A DNA stretch of 64,000 bases from a virus, in the IMG/VR virus record IMGVR_UViG_3300027763_000034, positions 1 through 64,000 of that record. The stretch is one strand, 5' to 3'. Position 1 is the first letter of the stretch; every line of letters starts with the position of its first letter. Under the pieces are notes generated by a model, which saw only the letters and a program-made list of their open reading frames with translations, made no database searches and was not told where the DNA came from. Shown piece by piece: positions 9,975 to 19,700 of the stretch. The position numbers and the translations under genes are program-made.

Positions 9975-12900
9975 TCATCCAGTATAAATCGACCTACATC
10001 TTACTGAGGTAGATAAACCACTATCCCAGGAATGCCCTACATCTAATATAACATATTTACTTGCATATTTACCAGATGGAATAGTATCATCTGACGAGTA
10101 TATGGAATTAAATGGGTATGATATTTCAACCATATCTCCTACTTGAATTAATGGGTTTGGGAAACATTGTATATCTATTGCTGTTTGTTGTCTAGACCAT
10201 TGATCTTTCATCCATGTAGATAACTCTTTTGCTTCCCGCTCTTTTTGTATCCAAGTTGAATCAAAACCAATAATTTCAATATCTTTTAATTTTGCAATTT
10301 CTGGATCAATGTACTCGAATGGGTCTGTGGCAACAATCTGATCTCCTATGACCTGGAAGCTTCTTGTTTGCCCATCTGCTAATGGAACAAACGTTCCTGC
10401 ATTATTTAATACATATGCCTCTAGCCCAAAAGAATTTGTAGATGAACCCAATAAGGTAACAAAAGGATTTAAAGTTATTTGTGCAAATCTAGGTTGTCCA
10501 GGCCTTTGTGCATATTTGGCATTTATATACTTTAGCTCTCTTGCTACTGGGCCAAATTCTTTAAAGAAAGTCGGTGCCGAAACTTTAGATCCTTTAGTTA
10601 AAACAAAATCTCCAAAAGATTGAGAGAGATATGATTGTGATCCCAGCATTCCACTATAAGGGTTATAAGTAGTTGTTGATGCAAACTGAGATTCTGATAT
10701 AGCATTACTATATAAATAGTCGTAGCTAATAGATCCCTTTTGTGAAAATAGCCCAACCTTTTCTGTTATTGGAAGAACATAACTAGAACCATTATCTGTA
10801 GCTACAATAGTTGTATTGTCAAAATTAATTTTGAATGTTCTTCTAGATGTGTCATAGTTTACTTTAACATCAAGATTATATAGCTGCCCGCCAGAAACAC
10901 CAGTCACGGTTGTTGAATCTCCTTTTTGAGAGTCAGTTATAGCAACCTGATACGGTTTTGCACCCTTCTTAAATCTCCAAAGAGTAATATTTTTATCAGT
11001 AAGCTTTCCAGTTGCAGTAGTTTGTTCTGTTTTAATTTCAATATAATAGCCTGTTGCACCATTATCTGAAAGGCAAATAGCAAGTCCACCAATTACTTGA
11101 TCTGCCCCAGTAAGTCTTCCATATGAATCTTTTGTTAAAGGAAAATAAAAGCTTGTTCCTACACAAAAATTTTTAGTAGTTGCATCAATAAATTTTGCAT
11201 TAGTTGTTGCAACAGTATAATTTTTATTTAATGACACAGTTCCTGGTTGTGATACCGTAAGCATGGATCTTGCAACATTTTTACCAGAACTATCTGATGC
11301 TTCTATTGATATTTTAGAATTGTCTATTGTTGGAGTTCCTGTAGTTTGTGTTGCTTCAGTTAGCATCCGTACTTCAAAATCTGTTTTGTATCCAGCAATA
11401 TCTATAGTGTGAGCAGATACAGTAGTTCCAAATGCGCCCCTAGCTTTAATTCTATATTCTCCTGTCGGTTTAAAACTATTTACTTGTCCTAAAGCTTGAT
11501 ATTTTTGAAGGTCTACATCTGATTCAATCCATTGGCTTTGAGGTGTACCTGCAGTGTCTATATACGAATATCTAATTGCATCGTATTCTATGACCTCATC
11601 ATTAAGAACAAGAAATCCAGTTTTATTAAGAGCTCTTAAATCAAGCCCATCCATTGTTGTTATTAGATTAATCCAAAGAGATGATCCCGCTAATGCTGTT
11701 GATTCTAAATTTTTTACTAATGCACCAGCTCCAAGAGAATAAACTGGGGACTGCCAAAGTAAATCTGAACTAGCATTGTATGATGAGCTCATTTGTGGCC
11801 TATAAAGAATTTTAACTCCCTGAACTGAAGGGAGGTCCTCTTTAGACATAGATATAATATTTGCTTCTTCTTGTGTAATGCCGCTAGATATTAGAGGGTC
11901 ATATCTAAATGTAAAAGATTTAGTTTTGTTTTTATTATAAATCCACTCTCTTGTATAAAATTGAAGTACATTATCTTCATCAAATGTAGCTACCATTTGA
12001 GTATCTTTACAAAGATCTTGAATACACTCCCATACTGTTTTTGTGTCGTCTGTGTACCAGTAGTAAGGAGTTATTGCAGATTTATCTTTACCATCGGGAG
12101 ACAAATTAAAATTGTAGTTTGTAAATCCTATGCCATCCAATAACCTTTTAATAATTGCAGGTGATGGTGCATCTTTAATTAAAATATCTGGTGCTATTAT
12201 TTTTTGCAGAAGTAGAGCTTGGTCTAATGCTTGAAGATCCACTTGACCAAATTCATCCACATTCCAAGAATCAGCATAAAAATATCCTTGCTTTATTTTT
12301 TCTATAGTATTATCTGATTTTTTAATATTATAAAATGGCTTAAATAATACATTGTTGTAAAAATATGATTTTGTTTTATCAAAAGAAAATGTTTTATCGA
12401 ATGATATCCCAGATCTATCTTCAAAAAATAAATTTGCATTTAAAGAATTTGCTGTTACATTTCCTACTGGAGTGAGGCCATTGGATGAATCAGATGCTCT
12501 TTTTTGAGTACTGAAAGATATTAAGTTATCCGTTAAATCTTTTACATATCTAGCGGATATTTCAATTACCCCAAGATAAGTATCTGCAACGTTAATTGAA
12601 TTAATTTCAACTATTATTGAATCTATGTCTACGGGCGCTGCTGGTGAGGTGCTCCATTCCGTAGTAGACCATGTTGTTCCATTCCAATATAAATTAACAA
12701 CACCATTTGAATCAACATTTCCATTAGTTAAAATTGTTGTAGTTGTTGCACCTTTTGTAATTTTTACTGTCCATGTTACTGGCTTTACATAAGTCATATC
12801 TGACCATACTTTTGATGTACCATTGTCTGAGACTAGGCTTCGCATCCCATATGAAGTTTCAAATTTAATGGCTATTTTATTTGCTACCGCATTTTTTTCA

Positions 12901-13331
12901 GAAGGATACGCAACGGTTAGTTTGCAGTTTGATAAAGAGGTTCCGCTTGATTTTGGCGTTACCCAATATTGATATTTATTTTTTGATCCAGCATAGTACA
13001 TTCTATATGGCTCTTTTATCAAAGTATTGTATGGCAACAAAGCATTATAAGTAATGCCAGAATTACTTGTATTGTTAGATATAAAATATTTAATTCCAGC
13101 AGAAGATGGTCTTTTGGGGCTTATAATACTTGCAAGTGGGAATAACTTTAAAAATGGTTTATACTCTACACCAGCTGCATCTTTTAATGTTACTGTTTCC
13201 CCACCTAAATTTGTAGCAGTAACTCCAGTTATTAAATCGTTCATATTGTACTCTGCCCAAAGACCTGGGGACATTGATATGGTTGAAGACTTTTTAATTT
13301 GATCTAATACGTCTGTTGATGCACTTAACAT
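9975..13331 (-). CDS. large minor tail protein (baseplate hub/Tal-like)
   Basis: Second gene after the tape measure; C-terminal NPLIQVGDMVEI motif. TAATG coupling gives the start at 13331. Confidence 0.75.
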   Translation of the reverse strand: MLSASTDVLDQIKKSSTISMSPGLWAEYNMNDLITGVTATNLGGETVTLKDAAGVEYKPFLKLFPLASIISPKRPSSAGIKYFISNNTSNSGITYNALLPYNTLIKEPYRMYYAGSKNKYQYWVTPKSSGTSLSNCKLTVAYPSEKNAVANKIAIKFETSYGMRSLVSDNGTSKVWSDMTYVKPVTWTVKITKGATTTTILTNGNVDSNGVVNLYWNGTTWSTTEWSTSPAAPVDIDSIIVEINSINVADTYLGVIEISARYVKDLTDNLISFSTQKRASDSSNGLTPVGNVTANSLNANLFFEDRSGISFDKTFSFDKTKSYFYNNVLFKPFYNIKKSDNTIEKIKQGYFYADSWNVDEFGQVDLQALDQALLLQKIIAPDILIKDAPSPAIIKRLLDGIGFTNYNFNLSPDGKDKSAITPYYWYTDDTKTVWECIQDLCKDTQMVATFDEDNVLQFYTREWIYNKNKTKSFTFRYDPLISSGITQEEANIISMSKEDLPSVQGVKILYRPQMSSSYNASSDLLWQSPVYSLGAGALVKNLESTALAGSSLWINLITTMDGLDLRALNKTGFLVLNDEVIEYDAIRYSYIDTAGTPQSQWIESDVDLQKYQALGQVNSFKPTGEYRIKARGAFGTTVSAHTIDIAGYKTDFEVRMLTEATQTTGTPTIDNSKISIEASDSSGKNVARSMLTVSQPGTVSLNKNYTVATTNAKFIDATTKNFCVGTSFYFPLTKDSYGRLTGADQVIGGLAICLSDNGATGYYIEIKTEQTTATGKLTDKNITLWRFKKGAKPYQVAITDSQKGDSTTVTGVSGGQLYNLDVKVNYDTSRRTFKINFDNTTIVATDNGSSYVLPITEKVGLFSQKGSISYDYLYSNAISESQFASTTTYNPYSGMLGSQSYLSQSFGDFVLTKGSKVSAPTFFKEFGPVARELKYINAKYAQRPGQPRFAQITLNPFVTLLGSSTNSFGLEAYVLNNAGTFVPLADGQTRSFQVIGDQIVATDPFEYIDPEIAKLKDIEIIGFDSTWIQKEREAKELSTWMKDQWSRQQTAIDIQCFPNPLIQVGDMVEISYPFNSIYSSDDTIPSGKYASKYVILDVGHSWDSGLSTSVRCRSIYTG

Positions 13332-13792
13332 TATACCTGTTCCAGTGTTAGACTTACATCCCAAAATTCTTGTGGATCTACTCCGCTTACCATTTTGACA
13401 TTTCTCTTATTAACAGTAAAGCTGCAGTTTGTTATCATTACAGAAATTATTTCATCTCTTGCAGAAATTCCGTTATAAGATATTTTTAATTTAAATGCGC
13501 CAGTTCCTTTACCTTTATAAAAAGACCTAATCTGCTCTGCACCGTAACCGCCATCTACTGTCATTGTATCTGTTGATGGAAGTAAAGTCCATGAAACTTG
13601 AACTGATGATTTATCTGCAATAAATATTTTACGCATTGTGCCATTAGCCATGCGCTCTGATCTTTCAATTCTATTTGAATCTATTGATACTGGCTGTCTA
13701 TTATGCTCAGACAACTTGGTCCAGGTGGGAGTAATTGCATTTGTACCTGTGTCTATAAATAGTAGTGAGCCTACTGGTAAAGTTAGTGCCAT
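13331..13792 (-). CDS. distal tail (Dit-like) protein
   Basis: Directly follows the tape measure; RMANGTMR motif, C-terminal WDVSLTLEQV. Confidence 0.7.
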   Translation of the reverse strand: MALTLPVGSLLFIDTGTNAITPTWTKLSEHNRQPVSIDSNRIERSERMANGTMRKIFIADKSSVQVSWTLLPSTDTMTVDGGYGAEQIRSFYKGKGTGAFKLKISYNGISARDEIISVMITNCSFTVNKRNVKMVSGVDPQEFWDVSLTLEQV

Positions 13793-16700
13793 TATGTTCT
13801 CTTTACTCCTACCATTTTTTCATTTTGCTTTAGCGTAGCCTGCAAAAATTCAACTGCAGCAACCTTTGCTTTAGTTATTAATTGAGCTTCATTCATTCCT
13901 GGGGAAGCATGGATATGTTGTGTGTAATTAATTATACCTTGTCCTGCATTTGCATCACGCATTGGCTCAAACATTTTTGCTGCTTGATTAACATCGTATC
14001 TTGGAGATGCATATGGAATCTTTGCCATGTTTGGAATAACCATTCCGCCAAATGCCATTTCTGGGCCACGATCTCCAACAATTGTAGGAACCTTTGGATC
14101 AAGTCTCATTGTTCCATATCCAGCTTTTTTAGTAATAGATAGTCCAGCTCTTCCGCCATCACCAGAGACTACCCATTTTTTACCATCTTTATCCAAAAAC
14201 TCTACGCCAACCCAAGTGCTGCTTCTACCAGATGCATCCATCTTTTGAGTTGCTCCAGCTTTTTGAAGTTCTTGTGGCTGAATAAATGTAGAGCCAGAGT
14301 ATGCTCCATTTCCTGCTGGTATTGTGGTTGGTACCGTTGAAAGTTTTGCCATTCCAGTTGTTTTGCCCATATCAATCTTTTTGCCATTAACTATTAAATC
14401 ACCGTTTAAAGTAATTCCAGATTTTTCTAAAGCAGCTTCAATTCCAGGAGCAACTTTATCAAATAATTCTTGTCCTGCTTTTATGCCAAGATTTCCATCT
14501 TTGTCTTTACTTAATCCTGTTGTATCAACTTTAGCTGCAGTTGCTGCTGCAGTTATAGCTGCAAGCATACCTCTATATTCATCTGTTGTTTTCCATTTAG
14601 CTAAATCATCTTTATGTTTGGTTATAGCCATTTGATAAGCAGTAATTGCTTTATTAAATGCATTCATTGGTGTTTCTAGCTTATCAATTTCCTTAGTAAG
14701 GTCTCCCATTTTTTCGCCAGCCAAAGCAGCAGCATCTCCCATGGCCTGCTGTTTATTACTAATAGCCTCAGCTTGTTTTTTAAGTGGTTCTATATCTGCT
14801 TTTGCTTTTGCATCAATAGCTTTAATTTGTTGATCATATTGTTGCCCTTTAACAAGACCTTCTAAATCTAACCTTGCCTGTTGTGCGCCAGCAGTATTGC
14901 CAGTTGCTTCAGCATTTTGCAATTCAAGCTTTTTAGCTTCAATTGCTCTTCCAGTATCCTCGGTATTCTTTTTATCTTCAAGGGCTTTTTTTCTAGCATC
15001 AGCAAGTTTATTAATTGCATCAATTTGTTTATTAATTGCGGCAAGTCTATCTCTATCTGAAATTTGAGCTGCTACTGATTGGCCTTTCATGGCCTTTGTA
15101 TATTTTTCTTGCAAAGCTTTAAGTTTATCTAATGAATCATATTGTTTTTTTAGAAGACCAACTCTATTTTGTCCCTCAACATTTGCTGCAACTGCTTCCG
15201 CCATCTTATAAAGTGCTGCTGTTTGCTGTGCATTTAATGCAGAAAGGTCTCCAGTATATCCTCTTGCTTCAAGTCTAGTTTTTTGCCATAGACTTAATAC
15301 AGTATCTTGAGTAGTTGCAATTTTTCTAATCTCTGGATTTTCTTTTGCTAGTTCGTCAATTGTTTCTTTTGTTAAAGTTCCCTGTGTTTTAAGCTTTCCA
15401 TTAATAGCATCAAGAGTTTGAGATTCCGCATCTAATTTCATTTGATCTAATTCACCAGTACTAATAAATGAAGGTTTTGTTTTATCCTTTTTTCTTGCTT
15501 TTAGCATTTCATTATATTTAGTTGATATTGCTGTGTCTGTGCCCATCAATGCGGTATTTAATGCATTAGCCTGCTCAGTTGCATCTCTATTTGTTGAAGC
15601 CGCCTTATCGTATGTTCCAATTGCTCCTACTGCTCCAGTAACTGCATCTTTTCTATTTACAAATCGGCTATTGCCAAATGTATATAGTGAGGCAGAGGCT
15701 GCTTTATTTGAAAGCTTATACATAGTATAAATTTTTGCTGTGGCTTGTTCTGCTGACATTCCCATGGCAATAAATTGTTCTTTAAGTCTTACTGCTAAAT
15801 CTGCCTGATCTTTTCCACTTGTTTTATTAATTAAAGCAATTTGATCTTTGTATGTAGACTTAACTTCAGTTTTTAATTTTTTGTATTGCTCAATAGTTAA
15901 TTTAAGTGGGGTGCCAGATGTTGTCATGCTTTCATAAAGCATTTTATTATGCTCAATAACAGACTTAGCATCTGTTACTACATCTTTCATTTTGCCATTA
16001 AAATCAGTAAATTTAAGTCCAGCTTTTTGTGCAGCTTCTGCAGTCATGCCGTATCCAAGTGCATTTAATCTCATACTTTCGTTATGAGCTTTCCATACCT
16101 TAATTCCAATTGTTATTGCAGTCACTGCACCAAATGCAATCAAATTAAATCTTGTCATAGCAAGACCAAGCTTTCCAATAATTCCTTGGAATCTTTTTCC
16201 GCTAGAAGCCATTTCTGTCATTGCAGTTCCATATTTAGTAAGTCCACCAGTTTTTCCAGATATTACCCCAACTGGTGTTGTCATAGAGGCTGGCAACTTA
16301 GACATTAATCTTCCGCCTTTACCACCTTGTCCTAATGTTGCAGACTGCATCATCATTGGCAACATAAATCCTAATTGTTGCACTATCATTGATGCTATTG
16401 GGTTTGCAATCTTACTTGCAATCATTCCTGCTCCAACCATTGCTGCAATACTTCCAGCAATTTGTCCGCCAGCGCCATATTTATTTGGAATAATTCCTCC
16501 AGCATTTCTAGGAACAAATAACTCTGGGCCTTTTTCTCCAACAACATAAGGCTGTCCAGCATTAACTGGTCCGCCCTTTTCTCTTCCTTCTAAACCAAAG
16601 ATAATCTTTTTTAGAGATTCTGTAAGAGGAGTATCTTTTTTAGATTCCCAATTTAAATACTTATTTCTTAAAATGTCTTTGTCTATTGGTGATAGTTGTT

Positions 16701-19700
16701 TTAATACAGACCTATCTCCAATCAAATCTGATGCGGCTGATCTTACAACTGAGTCTAGGATGTCTGGTTCTAGTGCATTTTTTAATGAACCTTTTGCATC
16801 TTTGACATAACCATAAGGCTTTTCTTTTGCAAGAGCTGCTGCAAATTTATCGTAGAATAATTTTTGAGTATGCTTTCTTAATCCAGTATTTGCAAATAAA
16901 GTATTGGCCATTTCAATAGAAAGTGAATTTACACCCCATGGCGCTGACTCATACATACTTGGCTTTGGTGCACCTGTTGGTCCAAATCCTGCACCTATTC
17001 TATGCATTGCTTTACCCTTTAATACGTTACCAATCATTCCACCAATTGCAAATCCATTTGCTGAAGATTTAAATCCAGCATCAGATAGGCTAACAATATG
17101 GCCAGACTGTCTTCTTTTTAATTCTTCTGCCGCTGCAATTTTAGCAAGGGCTGCTGGTGTAAGATTTGTTTCTTTTGATGCAACAACTGCTGAGTGTACG
17201 CCATGAAGTTTATTCCAATTAACATCTCTTGCATCTTCTAATCTTTGAATCATCTTTGCGTAAATAACTTTTTCTTCTTGATTTAGATCAAAACTTCCAA
17301 TAGTCTTTTTTAATCTTGGCAAAGTTGTTTCAATTTCTGAAAGCATTCTTGAGTGATACGCATCCGCTGTCATTCCAGCAGGAATATCCATTGTTGATTC
17401 AGCAAAGAATTTCTTTGCTCCGCTTCCCTTTACTCCAAGCAAATTAATCATAGCTTGATTGCCAACAGATGGCATCATTGCTGAATAGTCTCTTACGCCA
17501 GAAGCAGTTGAAAATACCCCAGCTGTTCCAACATCTGCTAAAACATTTCCAGATAAATTACCTCTGCCTAAATCTTTATCCCCACGAAGTGATGAAGCAA
17601 GCAGCTGTCTAAAATATTGATCTGTTGTAAATTTGCCATCTTGGACTGTGAGTGCCTTATCAAATTGTGATTCAAGAACAAGAAGCTTTCTTAATCCCTT
17701 TGGATCAGTTGGATCACGCATTACATTAACGCTTTGTTTTGGAGCCTTTAGCCCATGTGCTTCACGAGCAATTTGTGTTGCTCTCATTTCAGCAAGTGCA
17801 GCTTTTTCGTCAAGCATTGGTTTAACAAAAACCTTTTCGCCATTTCTTGTATAAACTCCGCCAATTCCAGGAACTGGGAAACTTCTTCCAGATGTAGGCT
17901 CTAATAAATCTCCATACTCTGTTACTGGGTGCCTTGCAAATCTAGAATCTTTTACTGCAAGATCTGCTTTCTCCATTGCTGCTTTCATTGCTCTTTGTTG
18001 TTCTACCTGCTTAATTGTTTTAGGTATACCAAGGAACATTGCTTTTCCTCCGCCAAATAATCTTTGTGCAAATGAACCAGGAATCTCTCCACCCGAATTT
18101 GCTGCAATTTCTCTTGTTAGCGGAAGGGCTCTACCTCTTGTAAGAAGAAGCCTCATCATCTGAGTAATCATATGACCTCTTTGAATTACAGGCATTCTTT
18201 TAATAAGGTTTTGTGCATTTCCATATTTAAGCTCTTTTGCTAGCAAGTCTGCAGTTTCTTTTGCAGCATTTCCAGTCAAAGGTACTCTATCTACAAATTT
18301 ACCCTGTGTCATTGAGGCTAGCCAATTTGTAAAGCTATTAACTTTACTGCTTCCTGCCATTGCCAAATATGCGTTTCCTCTTGTCCTATTACTCTTTAAA
18401 TTTCCATTTTCTGTAGTAAAGAAATTTCTATCCTGATCTAAATGCTCTGAAGCATAATCAAGTTTTCCATTTGATGTAAATGTATTCATTACTCTCTGTA
18501 AAGAAACTTGATCTATGTCTGCTCTGGCCATAAGAGCAGCAACCAAACTTCTAGATGGCTGAACTCTTGAATTTGCCGAAGGCCTTCCACCAGGTTTTAG
18601 TTCTTCTGGTTTATCTTGCCATAATAAATCTTTATATTTTGCTTTTGAGGTTGAACCATCTTTATTTACTACTGTTCGTCCCATTCCCTGCATATCAATA
18701 TACTCTTGCATGCGTCTGGACTGCTCTATTCTAAATCTATTAAAAGCTTTTCTATCTACCTGACCAGTTTTTGGATCTTTAGTTCTTTGCATAGCTTCTT
18801 CAAAATCTCTTTTTGCCATAGAGACTGCTTCGTCTTCACTAAATCCTAAATGATTTAATACTGCTGCATCGTGTAATATGACTCTATTTTTTAAAGATGC
18901 GTCATAGCTAGGATCTGAATTTCTTGTTAGCCAGCCCTTTAATCCAGTAAATAAGTTTTCTGAAAGTCCTCCTCCAAGATTTCTTCCAAGGCCAGATGTA
19001 TTTCCAGGCCCACCATTTAATGCATGCATTAGTGGCATATTGTCTTGTGCAATATCTGCTGGAACGACTGCTTCGCCAGGTGTTAGAACTACTGGTACTT
19101 GACCTCCATCTGCAAATGTTGGGGTTCCGCCAAGAAGATTGCTTATGATTGGCATATTTTCTTGTGTTGATTTTTTATTAATTACAAATGATCCAGCCTC
19201 AGCTGTTGTATGGTATGTATCGCTATTTCCTGTTCCAGGGACTATTCCTCCATCTGCAAACTTAGGTTTTGTTGTTTGAATATTATATCCTGCGCCTGAT
19301 GTTCTAACTCCACCAAGTGCTCTTGCAATCTTATCAACAATATCTTTTGTTGTTCCTTTATGGAACATTTCCTTCATGTTTGATTTTCCAGTTAAAGGGT
19401 CTACCACTGGTTGTGCTGTCAATGGGACTGTAGTTAGATTTGCAACTCTTCCCATGCCAGCTGCAGTCGCTGCTGCAGTTTCGGCAAGCATTGCTTCTAC
19501 GGTTGCATTCATTGAAATAACTTTTGCTCTTGCCTGATCTACCGTTATTTTGCTTGCTTGAAGTTCTGCAACAATTGCTTGTGTTTCAGCTGCTGCAAGT
19601 TGAGTAATCTCAGAAAATTGTGGAAGGAGTGCTTGATATGATTCTGCCAAACTAGATGTAATTGTTCCAGTAGCCATGACTTCTGCTTTTAATGTTTTAA

